64,000 nucleotides of DNA from Lytechinus pictus (GCF_037042905.1 NC_087251.1:35464001-35528000), one strand, 5' to 3'; shown: positions 13,379 to 26,805, counted from the first letter of the stretch. A program made the numbers and translations. The notes: generated by a model from the sequence alone, not told the origin.

Positions 13379-15538
13379 AAAACTGAATTGGGAAACGCTT
13401 CTTAAAACGGTTCGAATAAGAGCTTGAAGATTGTTTACCTTTCCACGTACTGATACCGAAAGTGAAAGTGTTTGACCGTACGCTGGTACTAAGAAGTTTT
13501 TGTATATTTGTTATATTCTAATTTATATCTTACCTCTGTCTGACGTCATACCTAAAACATCCATGAAATTTGTATTAATAAATAATGCTTATTTTACATA
13601 AATGCAGTCATAGTAAATGCGGTTGCAATGATCCCAAGTAGTAACAATGCTAAAGAATAAAGCATCCCAAGTAAAAGAAAAAAAAAACAGTCGTTGGATT
13701 AATAATATAGAAAGGTGCATATTTATTCGTTATAATTACTATTTATTTATTCAAACGATTTTTATTTTAAATATAGGTCATGGTTTTTGTTTTTTACAAA
13801 GAACAGAGATAAAGAGTCTATAATATTATTGGTTTTCATCGGCATGTGGGGTAACGCCTGCTCTCCGTAATAAATGACTTCCCTGATCTAACATTTTTCC
13901 TCCATTGGCGAGCATGAAACCCCCTTTCCCGCTATTCGTCGATCATATTATTTTGCACAATATTATTCGGAGAGAAAGAACTTGTATTATATTTTCCACA
14001 TTCTGAGTAATTTGATTTATCATGTTCAGCAATTCATTAAGGATTTTACCAAGAAAAAGTTGATTCTAATTGTTTGTTCATGCTTGGTATTCTAGTAGAT
14101 TCTCTAACAAATTTCTTTAACGACAGTAGATTTTTTTTTTCTTTCACGAACACTGATGCACATTTCCTCAAAGATGAAAAGAATTGGTAACATCGTACAT
14201 CAAATAATTCATCGCCAACTGCGCCGTAGATTGTTTTTATTTCAGACACAGGAGTTTGAAGATGAAAACACTTAATCTTAGTGAAATGCAATATCATGTA
14301 TTTTGTACCGAAATCAGTTCAAAACAATGCATAACACCCGTCAGGAATCAATGCTGCCATGGCAACAGGGGGATCCATTTCTCGAATAGAAAAGTAAAAT
14401 GAATGGTTTATGATCATACACCATACCGACAGAAATGATTTGTTAACCTACATACTTGCGCTAATATGCCCTAAAGCCCGACCTTATACTGTCTTAGGGT
14501 TTTCTCTTTTTATTTGACCTGTATCATGTATGGGTATTGATATACATAATTTGAATATTCACGTAATGTTTGTGCGAGTGTGGGATTTGAAAGTTTGAAT
14601 TTTATTGCAAGGGACAATTAATATCATATAAAACCTGATATAGGAAAAATCTCCTTCACTCGAAGTGATCAACGGCGTCTAGCTGCGAAGGGGGTTTTAT
14701 TAGGGCAATGGCGCACGTGCGAGAAAGTGTGTGTGGGATGGGTGTGTGGGTGAACTTAGGCCTAGTTGAAAATGATGGCACACATGAACCTCACATTCGA
14801 ACCGAGGACGTTCTATGTACGTATACACAAAGGTACTCGCTTACGTAATGACATACTTTTCTGAAAAATAAAAACATGTTCTCGATTTCCACCATAAAAT
14901 GTGTGTCAGTGGTGCATAGTGTGATTACCCAAAATTAACGTATCATCGTCAACAGAATAATTAATGTTCCATTAATTTCTATGACAAATTAGGCTTACAA
15001 GTTTACCACTTTGTTATTCAGGTATTCCAATTTACTGTGATCGTAATAAACATTTTGATGTGCTCATATCCGTTTAGAATGAATGGGGCGAGAACAGCAG
15101 ACCCCCCCCCAAAAAAAAAAAAATTAGTCATCATCTTGTTATTCGAAGGATCGTCACATTCTCCTTATGATATATAGTAACTATAATATATTCATAACAC
15201 AGCGTAATAAAAGTTTGACGTCTTAAAATGTCACCTAAAATATCGGTGTTTACGAGACATGGACTGTTATACACATCAAAGTGGTAAGGCAAATGTATTG
15301 CAGTAATCAATTTAACCCATCGATCATCTTAAGACACACTCTTAAACATTTTGGCAAATTTCGTTGGACAACACATTCTTGGCTAGAATTTTGCAATGTC
15401 GAGATCTGTTGGCAAGATGGTGAAACAATGCTGTCAATTCTTCGTTTTATTCTAACCGACAGTTGCGGTCAAATTAATGTTAGTGAAAAAAAAGTCTACC
15501 ACTAGATTAAGTTCTTTTAAAGGGTACTTTGTTTTGTG

Positions 15539-16521
15539 AACAAGTGGAATGCCTCTGGCTGTCTCACCTGCATCACGCGATTCAATATAGCAGCAGTGCT
15601 GACTTTGAAAACTACTATAAAATAATTATTTACAAAAACACCATTCATATAATGATATAATACTACGTTCATTGACATCATGTGACCTAAAATTTGTCAG
15701 TGATACTTGATTACCCCTATATCCACATTTTATACACTATATCTATAAACTTTGAAAGTTATGACAACAATCTAATAATTACCTCTAAAATGGCCAAAGT
15801 TCAATGACCTTAAATGACCTTTGACTTTGATCATGTGACCTGGATCATGTGACCTGAAACTCGCACAAGATGTTCAGTGATACTTGGTTACTCTTTTGTC
15901 CACGTCTTATGAACTAGACCAATACACCGACAGAGATATGATGGTAATTCAACAAATACCCCCAACATGGCCAAAGTTCATTGACCTTAAATGACCTTTG
16001 ACCTTGGTCACGTGACCTGAAACTCGGACGGGTTGTTCAAAGATACTTGATTACTTTTATGGCCAAGTTTCATGAATCAGATCCTTAAACTCTCAAAGTT
16101 ATGATGGTAATCAACAGATACCCCATTATGGCCAAAGTTCATTGACCTTTGACGTTGGTCATGTGACCTGAAATTCACACAGGATGTTCAGTGATACTTG
16201 ATTACTCTTATGTCCAAGTTTTATGAACTAGACCAATAAACTTTAAATTTATGATGGTAATTCAACAGATACCCCCAATTTGGTCAAAGTTCATTGACCC
16301 TAAATGACCCTTGACCTTGGTCATGTGACCTGAAACTTAGGCAGAATGTTTAGTAATATTTTATTAACCTTATGGCCAAGTTTCATGAACTAGGTCCATA
16401 TACTTTCTAAGTTATGCTGTCATTTCAAAAACTTAACCTTAGGTTAAGATTTGGTGTTGACCCCGCCGCCGTCGGAAAAGCGGCGCCTATAGTCTCACTC
16501 TGCTATGCAGGTGACACAAAA
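15539..16521 (-). mobile_element. Helentron-associated (HINE; pearl/Tsp-like) element with an internal ~160-bp tandem array
   Basis: Subterminal IRs GTCTCACCTGCA (~15561) and TGCAGGTGACAC (~16506); (GCC)n next to one end; TT-flanked ends. About 5 units carrying GGCCAAAGTTCA...TGACCTTTGACCTTGGTCATGTGACCTGAAA. Confidence 0.85.
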
Positions 16522-16708
16522 ACTATTATGTCTTGATTTATGTGTTGATTTTCGGTAAACAAATGTTAGGCAATTTTCAGTTCCCTCAAATTTAGGTTAT
16601 TCTAGCCACCAACATAGTTTATGGACCGAACGTCTGTCAAGGGCTGGTAAGAATATTTAACCACTCTAAGAGTGAATACAATAAGGAAATCTAAGTATCC
16701 ATACGTAC

Positions 16709-16939
16709 TTGAGCTTGGTGTGTCATAGAAGTCTCTTGAGCTTTGGTTGTCGACCAGGGAGTCGTCATCGGGCGTACGACCTCCAGCGATGCCGTTGAAT
16801 TGTGCGGGGATCTGGCCATTGCTGAGCTCTTGTTGTATTCTTATGGTTTGCAAGATGGCGGCGGCGTCGTTCCTAGCCGAGACGTAGGATCGTTTGGGGA
16901 TTTTTGATGGAACGTTGATTGTCACAGGGTGACATGATT
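16709..16939 (-). CDS. Cytoplasmic-tail exon of the same membrane protein
   Basis: Acceptor cttttcatctctacag| and donor TCAA|gtacgt; 231 nt, phase 1/1, GC-richer than its flanks. Reads (E)SCHPVTINVPSKIPKRSYVSARNDAAAILQTIRIQQELSNGQIPAQFNGIAGGRTPDDDSLVDNQSSRDFYDTPSS; lies within ORF 16602..16925. Confidence 0.8.
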
Positions 16940-18679
16940 CTGTAGAGATGAAAAGTTTAAGATTGTGTTCAGCATTGGTAAATCGCTGAAAATGAGAATA
17001 AGATCATGCCCAAATAGGTCTTTATTATGTGTCTATCTACAGGAGAATTAATTGAAGTATAAAAAGCCGACCGGTCAAACAATTTTGAATAAGTAATTGA
17101 TGGTAATCCAAATATCTTAAAGAATAAATTTGTTTATGTAGAAACGCATATAAAAACATCTTACACTTAACATGCTTATCATGCAGGAAATTGTTTCATT
17201 CTCGGAGAAACTGTTTGCCATCTTCATAATAAAATAATTGTTGGACATGCACATACATTATTTACTAGTTAGTGAAGCAAAAGGTCCGAAGGCCTGTAGG
17301 GGCAGTTTATTAGGTTAATACCATTAGCGCTCTCGAAATTCCCAAACCGGATTGACTAGGATTGGATTGGAAATTGATGGATAGAACAAAAGGTTTATGT
17401 AATCTAGCTTACTCTCATTTTGGTATAACTTGCAGTTAAAGTTTATATTACTCTTTCAGAATGGCGTTTTTCCCCACAATGCTCGCCCATTCCCACCTAC
17501 GCAATATAAATAATGTAGTAACCCAAAACCAGTTCGGACTATGTTATTTGATAGCAACAGTTTCGAGCACATGTGGGCTTATGTTTGAAAGGTAAATTGA
17601 TCTGTTTCTGCTTCAGTAAATGTCAAACCATTGGGTTTGGTCAATCTGAAGTAAAAGAGAGTGATCCATGGTGATAGCGGGTGAAGATATCTTCAGGCTG
17701 GCTACCCCGCTGGCTACCTGACGTAAGGAGTGCGCATGTGTCTTGTTTGACGTGAGTTTCTGGAGGGTAGTTGAGGAAAACAGAGTGTATTTACACTCAA
17801 TTAGCCAGCGAAGCTGTTTGGAAGTTATTTTACTATCTCTTGGCCAAGAGGGCGAGCGGACGAAGGATCGTTAGAGGAGAAGGGGTAAAATAGAAATCAG
17901 AAAACTGTAATTTGATGAGATTTGAGTGAGATTTCGTTCCCTTTTGGCAAAGATTCACATTCCCACGTTTGCTTAAGTGACGAGGCTTGCTCTCTGAGGC
18001 ATTATTTAACCATACTATAATTTTGGTAAATTATGAACCTATTAAATGATAGTTAAAATAAAATTGCATGCAATATTAATCTGGATTTTTAACCAACTTT
18101 TCGGTTGGTTAAAAATTATGAGAGTTTATATGAATTTTGTATAATAACCTCCTCACAAAGAAAGGGCTAATATCTTTGACTTCACCCACTTAATCAGGAT
18201 TATTCATGTGGGTTCTGGATAATCTTCCGAACAAGCACTGCTTCGTAATCCAGGTTTAAAAGGTAAAGGTGTATTCCATTCCCGGATTCCATTTTCATCT
18301 ATCATTGTTGATTTCCTTCAACAAATATCAAAAGCTCACTGGACCCAACTTAATTATAGTTTCCAATGAATAAACACAAACTATTTGCACGTTGCAGGTG
18401 TCTAGCCGCAAAGTGTAAAGCCAATGTATTACTTTCAAGCCGAAAATCTGCTCGGATCTTTAGGTTTCCCGATTATCCTCGAGTCAAAACAGGTGCGAAG
18501 TTTATTATTTTCATGCTTTAAGACAAACAAGGAAATACACTGACAGATGAAAAAATTACGTACCTGCCTTAATAGCTAAATTCTTCTCGTTTTTCTTCCT
18601 TTTTTTTCTAAAAACCCTGCTATGAGAGTTGTGTTCATTATTTGTTGGAAATTACCGACAGCGGCGTGTTAATAGCCCT

Positions 18680-18897
18680 TAATAGTACATTTCTAGCACG
18701 TCTACCCAGATAAGGTTCTCGAGCACTGAAAAAACTTCCCTTACTATTAAGTTTGCGTGGCAAATGTGCCTATATTTGATTGGCGAATGTGCATGTAGAT
18801 AAACGCCCAGACAAATAACGCGAGTACTGCGGTGGGATTTGAACCCTGGACCTTAGTGATCACAGTCTGGAGACTTGTCCTCTGAGCCACAACACCT
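18680..18897 (-). mobile_element. tRNA-derived SINE (second family, diverged)
   Basis: Minus strand GGTGTTG TGGCTCAGAGG (A box) then GGTTCAAATCC (B box). The body differs from the 5.8-kb SINE. Confidence 0.7.
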
Positions 18898-19939
18898 TAA
18901 CATGCGTTGCATGCAGTCTGATAATCTCTTTTCTCTCTCGATGTTCTCTATCTCGTATCTCTCACCCTTTTATAGTGCCCCTTTTCTATCACCTTTCCCA
19001 TGCACTTTCTCAGTTTGTGTTGCTCTCTTTCCACCCCCTCCATGTAACACAACTGATTTAATGAAGGTCAAGAACTTAAGAGGACGTTAAGTAAAGTTTA
19101 TTCGGTAGTCCTTGTCCTTAACTTTCGTCAACACCATCCAATCCACTTAAACACATCTGTAACAATTCAAGAACGTATCCCTGATCTTTGTTCAGAAAGT
19201 AGTCTACAGCACTTCAAGTATCGTATGACCAGATAACATTTAAAACATAAGAAAGTTGCGCTTTACGGCCCTTTTCAGTAAATTTCAGTTAGGATATTTG
19301 GTAGTTATGGCAACCTGCATAGAATCTGAAAATGACCTGAAAAATATAAAAGGTAAGAGCATTTTAAGGAAAACATAGTTGAGATCATATGACAGGATGC
19401 TCGGTCTATATTCTGACATTTTCAAAAGAGGTGAAGATTTTAAGTCCCTTCATCCTTTGAGAATTATCTCAATTTACTTCACAGAAAACAATCTTTGCCA
19501 GAAATTAAGAAAGCACGCTGTGGACATTTTTTTTTCCCTTTTCGCGTTGATGTTGCAATCTCGCACATGCGTCAAATTAGATTCAACAATCGTAACGATT
19601 AGTTTCTCCCCACCTTTAAATAAGATAAGCTAGTAAAAGCAGTAGTTCTTGGAAAACATCTATAAAAAAAATAATAAGTATCAATGGTGCAATATGGAAA
19701 TCTTGAATTAAAGGAAATAACATGGAAACAATTGTCATTATTATCCCAGAAATCTATTCAGCATGCAAAGAGTTAAAAAATCATAATTTCTCGTTACTCA
19801 TCATGGAAGAGTAAAAACGCATTTTAATCATGTTCATTCAGGTGAAAATGTTTTTTTTGTTATAATTAGAAGAAAATATCAGCAACAGACAATGAGGGGC
19901 ACGGAATTTAGTTACTTGGAGATATTTCCTTGTCGTTGT

Positions 19940-20140
19940 CATCCTTTCCGCTCCCCCTCCTCTCTCAACCCTTCTCTCTCACTCTCACACACACTCCCAC
20001 ACACCCACCCGCACATATGAACTCTCACTCTCATTCACTCCCTCTCTATCATCCTCTCACGTTCTCTATCCGTCTCCCACCTCTTTCTCTCCATTATCCT
20101 CCCTCTTCTTCTTTCTCTGTTTTTCTCCCACTCCACAATT
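19940..20140. repeat. CT/CA-rich microsatellite
   Basis: Polypyrimidine and (CA)n runs. Confidence 0.75.
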
Positions 20141-21829
20141 TTATCCCCATTTCTTATTGTTCAACCATTCTTGATTTTTTCCCCAATGCCTCTGTCCGGT
20201 CTGTCACTCTCTAATCTTTTCGCCCCCTGTATTATTTCGTATATATCTTACTTGCCATTATATTGTCGCATTTACACGGATTTTTTGGCAGATGAAATTT
20301 CTTTGTTGCGACGTTTGGTTATAAATCATGCAAGTGTGGACGTAATTTCTTTATAAGGAGGAGGTGCATGCTGCTCATTTTCTCAAATCATGAACCATTG
20401 AGTCAATAAAACTCCCTTTCTTAACATGGCATGATTTGTGTAAATAGGACCAAATATCGGGCAAGTAAGAGTACCTCTCTGAACATCACGTTTCTTCATG
20501 TTCCAGATCTATTTTCTTACATTTCATTTAATTCCTTTATCGGGCTTTCTACACACGACTTGGAGAGAATTATTATTCTTCTCTATATAACAGACGATGG
20601 TGTATATGCACCTGGTGTACACCAAGATTGCACGATAATTAGGAGAATCCATCGGGACACTAGTATGGTCTCCTTAAAATGTACGTGGGCGTAAATCGGC
20701 GAATATGGAACAGGTGACCATTAAGGTTACGTTTAAGAGTTAGAAGGGGCTAAGACTCTATGGATTAACGTCTTTCTGCATGTATGCTTCTGAGATAAGA
20801 AAAAGAAATAAACATTGAACAGGAGCTGTTGAAGATGTTACTTGTATCGGGTGAAGATGCCCAACTGTAAGATGGGAAACCTTCATTATCTTGTCATGTC
20901 ATGTCTCCATTCATGACAATGTCATCCATAATTGGATGATACCACCAAGAACCATGTTTTATACCCTTTGTGAAGAAATATAAAAAAGGAAATAAAAATG
21001 CTAGGCAAATGGATGGCGACTAATGTATTTTGCACAAGTCGAAGGCTTTGTGAGGGGCATAAATAAAATATGCTATAAAGAACTGTTCGATTCATCCGAT
21101 CAGTCGAACTCTAGAATAAATGGCTTGACTCAGAATTGACATTTTCTCTGATAGCAAGATTTGTTTCACTTTTTCTTAATCTCAGCATTAATGTGAATTT
21201 TACGCTGTACTTCTAAAAATTAGTGATTGTAGAAATTATTCACAATGAAAGAAACAGTAAAAAGTTTATCAAAAAAACGAAAAGAAAACATATTTAAATT
21301 ACAGTGACCGCTAAATATCAAACATGTTATGTACTCAGCATTTTCACACAGAGTTTTGAACGTCTGGGGATATAAACTTCAGGTTGAATTATTTTTAGAA
21401 CAACAAAGCCCGCGTATAAAGGTAACTTGTAAACAAGTTGGATCACACCTACTTTTTGAGGCTCCGATATTCCCTGGTGTGTATATCTTCTAGCGTACGC
21501 TATGTTACCTCTTTATGCTTCTATAGATAAGTGTTTACGACTGATACCTTTGCACCATCCTCCCTTCCCTCCCACGAAGACAACGCCCGAGGTGAACAGA
21601 GAGTATTGAATTATTTTAAAAGTTGTCTTAATGTGAGTCATCGACTTTTCAGACATTGACCGAGAAAAAATAAATTCTACATTTAATTGTAGCTCTTTAA
21701 ATTTGTGCTAATTAATGTCAATGTTTGCCGATGAAATTTCAATAGAACGATATCCAGATGATTGATTTTTTGTGGGTTTTTTTTATAGTAAACAAATATA
21801 TCTTAGTAATAACATGCATGAATAGATCA

Positions 21830-22572
21830 ACATACGATAGTAAATGACTAGATAGTTATAAATATATTTTTTTCTAGTATAAATAAATATAATTATTTCC
21901 ATAAGATAGTAAAGAGAGTAATAAGATGAAATTGATTTATATTTATAAAATAGTGAATCTATAGGTCGCCATTTTATACATATTACTTGAAACCAATGCA
22001 ATAAATCTCGTTAAGCTATCAAATGGATGAATCTTCATGAGAAAATTCAGTTTAGTAAACGAATAGATCTCCATGAGATAATAAGTAAGTAGATCTTCAT
22101 AAGATAGTAAATGTATACTCCTCCATAAAATAATGAATGCATACATCTCCATAAGATAGTACACGAATAGATCTTCATAACATAGTAAGTGCACACTTCT
22201 CCATAAGATAGTAAATGCATACATCTCCATAAGATAGTACATGAATAGATCTTCATAACATAGTAAGTGCATACTTCTCCATAAGATAGTAAATGCATAC
22301 ATCTCCATAAGATAGTAAATGAACAGATCTTCTGTTCATAAGACAGCAATTAATTGCACCTCCGTAAAATAGTACATAAAGAGAACTTCATAAGATAGTA
22401 AGTACATAGATCTCAATAAGAAAGTAAATAAATAGATCTTCACAGGATAGTAAATGAATCGATCTTCATAAGATAGTAAGTACATAGATCTCAATAAGGT
22501 AGTAAATGAATAGATCGTTACAGGATATCAAATGAATATATATTTATAAGATAGTAAATGAATAGATCTTCT
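21830..22572. repeat. 26-bp minisatellite, array 1 (YCATAAGATAGTAAATGMATASATCT)
   Basis: Direct 26-bp periodicity, with a local 78-bp higher-order repeat that gives the 26-aa-periodic ORFs 21943..22308 and 22047..22349. Confidence 0.95.
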
Positions 22573-22573
22573 G

Positions 22574-23513
22574 CCCCCAGTGGAAGCTAACATATTTATG
22601 GAACATTTCGAGGAGACGGCTCTCCATGCAGTCAGCAACACAAAACCCCAAAGTGTGTCTCTATGTGGACGACACTTTCGTGGTTTGGCAACATGGGGCT
22701 GAGGAAACTAACAATTTCTTACAGCATCTGAACTCTCAACACGGGTGTATGAAGTTCACCATGGAAATTGAGAACGAGGGGCCATCCCCTTTCTTGATAC
22801 TAATATTACGAGGACGGCACGGGGATCCCTATCCCACCAGGTTAATCGTAAACCTACTCACACCGATCGGTACTGGAACTATCGTTCATTTCACCACCCA
22901 TCAGTGCTGAGATCAATTAACAATACGTTGGTCAAACGAGCCCATAAGGTTAGTGACGAGATCCACCTGAGAGGTGAGCTTGAGCATATGAAACATGTTT
23001 TGAAATGTAACAACTATCCCTCACATAAGATCTGCACTGAGCTTCCCCCTTCGCAAAACCCTCATGTAGCCCAGCCCAAGGTGAATGTCGTTCTTCCCTA
23101 TCTGGGAGCAGCCTCTCACAAGATTCAGAGGATTTTGAGAGAAGCCGACATTGAGTTTTGTCATAGCTCCTCAATTAAGCTTCAATCTGCCCTCACTACC
23201 CACAAGGACAAACGCAACTCCAAGGACCTCCTTCGAGTTTACCGAATTCCTTGTGAATGTGGTACAGTTTGCATCGGTAAGGCGGGTCGTTCCTTTAACA
23301 CTCGGATTAAGGAACGCAGGGCCCATGGTAGGAGACACGAGGGACAAGTCTGCAATCATCGATCATGCTCACACGCATGATCATCGGATTCTCTGCCTTC
23401 AGTGGATAGTCAGAGACGCGTTGGAGATTGGGGAACATAACACTGTTCCTCAAGACAGCGGCCTCCAACTTAGCAATATCTCGCTTACTATTCTAGACAA
23501 AGAGGCTAATTAG
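22574..23513 (+). mobile_element. Penelope-like retroelement relic, copy A (RT C-terminus plus GIY-YIG endonuclease)
   Basis: PVEANIFMEHFEETAL, YVDDTFVVW, KFTMEIE, SFHHPSV, VLPYLG, VYRIPCECGTVCIGKAGRSFNTRIKE, SAIIDHA; frameshifted and 5'-truncated. Confidence 0.92.
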
Positions 23514-23779
23514 TCTAATTAGCCCCCCCCCCCCACACACACACACACACAGTGTCCTACACTATTGTGAGCATTACAATGATACGGGCGTTTTTTGGCG
23601 GCTTTTGTCGTTCATGCCATTTTGGCGGGAATGATAATTGACGGCATTTCCGGTCTTCTCCGTTTTGGACGTGTGTTGTCACCGACGTCCGCATATGTGG
23701 ATGTCATGTGACTTCTCCAGCCAATCAGAGACATGTATCCCACAAGGCACCGTGCATACGGCACCTTGACAGAGTATAC

Positions 23780-24620
23780 CGTGTGAAAAAAGACTTGACA
23801 CCTCACAAATCCCCAATAATTTCTATTCCACATGAGACGAATTGTGCAATGTTGGAGATGTGTTACAAATGTAAGGACAATTTAAAGATATTTACAGATG
23901 GATCAAGTATAGCAAGCAAAAATATTGTAAGTTGTGCTTTTTATATTCCAAGTCTCCTTTTCGTATTTCACCATATTATCAGATTCTTTACGGTTTTTTA
24001 AAGCATTAGATAATAAAATATCATTAGGACTTGTCTACGCAATTCTACAGAAAATTGCTAATTTGGAAAAAGTTAGAATTTCAGTATCATGGGTCCCTTT
24101 CCATTGCGGGGTCAGTGGAAATGAATCTGCTGATGCTTTAGCAAAGATAGGACTAAGTCGCCCTAATATTGACATCAATATGCCATTTGTTAAAAGTGGA
24201 ATTCATTCTATCATCTCCACGATGTTAAATCAAAATGGCAATCGAGATGGGATGTATCTAATAAAGGTCGACTTTTATTCCAAATACATCCTTCTCCCGA
24301 ACAGTTAATATCATTTTGAAATAACAGAAGAGATGAAAGAATTATACATTGACCAAGATTAGAAAATTGTAACTTGAATTTTTATCTTTTCCAAATAAAA
24401 AAAACATGACACTGGTTTAGGTGATCTATGTCAGGAACCGGAGACAATTTCTCAAATGTTTCTATCCTGTAGAAAATATAGTACGCCACGTCAGAAATTA
24501 TGTTCTGATATAAATGTCTGTTTAAATGATCAGGCGTTGAAACGATTACTACAAAGGAAAAAGGGAAATCATTTGAGCTTTTTGGCTTTCTCTAAAATGC
24601 ACCGATACATACAAGAGAAT
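23780..24620 (+). mobile_element. RNase H-bearing LINE (I-group) 3' relic, copy A
   Basis: KIFTDGS, ILSDSL, WVPFHCGVSGNESADALAK, then a decayed zinc knuckle (DLCQEPETISQMFLSC). Confidence 0.88.
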
Positions 24621-24839
24621 ATAGTTTTATTAAATTTATTCCCTATTCCTCTATATTGTATATATTTTAGCACATACCTGTTATTGAGAATATTAATTAA
24701 AAGCATTCAGTCAGTTTCATGCATTTTTTCCTTCTTAAGGATATTTTTACTTCTAGTTAGTAAGTAAGTTTTAAGTTTAGCTAGTACGAAATGTCATACG
24801 ATAACATATCATCGGTATTATAATGTCTGGTATACTTAA

Positions 24840-25704
24840 AGATCCAGACCGGACCCGAAAATGAAATTGATAAATTATATACCAATCGAAAGCTTATAAG
24901 CTACTAAATACAGCAAGGTATGCTTTATGCATTTTCACCGCTTCCAAGCTGAGTATTTTGCTTAAGAATAGTCCAATTATCGGGCTTCGAACCCCGCTTA
25001 GAAAATAGGCTTTATTGTGCTTTTCACCTGCCTCGAGACCGTGACGTCACGTTGTGTAAGAAGCGTCGTGATTCCATAGGCTTGTACACAGAAAAACTGG
25101 GTGATTTTTTTGCTTTCCAGATAACGCATTTCATTCTCTTCACTTCTATCACAGAGGGATATCACATATATTTTTACCCACAAGCTTGAATTTATGAAAT
25201 CTACAGTTTTGAATTAGTTTTTGCCATATTTTATTTCCTGCTTATTTGGCGCAGATTTCAATTCTATCTGCATTTAGATTATGTATAACAACTTTTCCTG
25301 ACATAGCAATTTAGGCCCAATAAGAGCCAAACAAAGAAATCACAAAAAAAGTAGTGAGTAGTTGTAGGTTTACAACAATTTGAACAGTGAATAATTTTGA
25401 GTGCCATTTTCATCTGAAAACGAAAAAAAAATGGATTCATATCATGGAAATGGAAGAAAATACCCAATGCTTTTGTACACAAACCTATGGAATCACAACC
25501 CTCCTGACACAACGTGACGTCATCATTTCCAGGCGACGTGGGGGTGCTCAATCGAAGCGTACTTTGGAGGAGCAGTTTCTTTGATTTTTATTTAATATTT
25601 TTAACTATTGGAAGGAGATGTATGTAATATTTTTGGTATATTTGTATTGTATGAATCATTACCTTTATTTTGATATATGATTGTTTTTACACCGGTCAGG
25701 GTCT
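24840..25704. mobile_element. TTAA-target non-autonomous DNA transposon with long inverted arms (only in copy A)
   Basis: TTAA|AGATCCAGACCGG ... CCGGTCAGGGTCT, with internal IRs around GTGACGTCACGTTGTGT. The paralogous site near 35885 is empty. Confidence 0.85.
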
Positions 25705-26805
25705 TAAAAATAACTTCTGTCACACGATGTCCAGCGGTTTATTTTGTATTATTCACTATCGTATTGGAGCCCAGCCTATGAAAGGCCAATTGCCTCTGCT
25801 GGCTCCCCATATTCTTTGTATTTGTATTTATATGTCACATGTTGTATATTGATTGTATTTATATGTTTTCACGAGAATTGGAAATAAATGAAATGAATGA
25901 ATTCTCCTAAAGTCCTAATAGTTATAAATATATATATCCTTTTTTAGTTCTTATAAGGGTATGTACCATTATGTTGGCAAATGAGGAGTAACGTAGGCAT
26001 TTTGGCTACTAGCCCCTTTATGTTTTTTTAAAGTATTTATGTATATATACAAGCCTACATGCCTTTATGTATATGCTACGCGTATGTATTATCATATCAC
26101 ATGATAATGGCTAAAAAATTGTAACTTATATTTGATTAATAATTCTTATTGTTACTCAATTGTTTGTAGTATCGTTGGCCGGTCTGACTGGCTTCGTATG
26201 CATGGGGGCTGGTCCCCTGTTTTGCTAGAGCTCCTGTGAGTTATGTGCTGACCGGGCTTGCCCCTTAAACTGTCGGTGAACGGGGCAGCAAGCAGGAGGG
26301 CACCAGGCCCCACCAGCATGAGGCCAGGAATTCCTGGTAGTAATTCAAAACTATACATATCACTACTTTCCGCTTTAATCTGGTGTTAACCAATTTGATA
26401 TGTTGATGTTTTGTACAGAATTTATATGAAATTATTCGAATTATACCCATTGTATATTTACACTTGTATGCGCACCTAATTGGGGGCCTCCAAGCCTTTA
26501 GTGGCTTCTGAGTTGCCTTGGTTTCAAACCGACTCAGTAGCTCAGTGATGTGGCCCAAAGCAAAGAGGCGCTATTTTTACAGTGTGTATTGAGTGTAAAA
26601 AGCCTGCGTGCGCTGCCAAATTTTCTTCTATCCAATTAATGACCTTATTATTTCTCGAATTTCTCCTAAAAAAACAAGGCCTTATCTACCGAAAATAATG
26701 AAAATGAAAACATTATCGTGATATGATAAAATAATTTTGATTGGCGCATACATTCTTTTTTTTTAATGAAAGCGCCGTTTAAAACAAACAACAACTTTGC
26801 TTATT

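Noticed and set aside
21943-22349. Repeat-protein ORFs (MEMYAFTILWRS...)
   Set aside because: Translation of the 78-bp higher-order satellite; no splice or homology support.
21830-22572. CRISPR-like regular short repeats
   Set aside because: Units are contiguous with no unique spacers, there are no cas genes, and the context is eukaryotic; this is a minisatellite.
22574-24620. Novel Penelope RT-GIY-YIG-RNase H fusion element
   Set aside because: The Penelope frame stops at 23513 and is separated from the RNase H by a microsatellite and UTR. The RNase H plus zinc knuckle is typical of an independent I-group LINE fragment.
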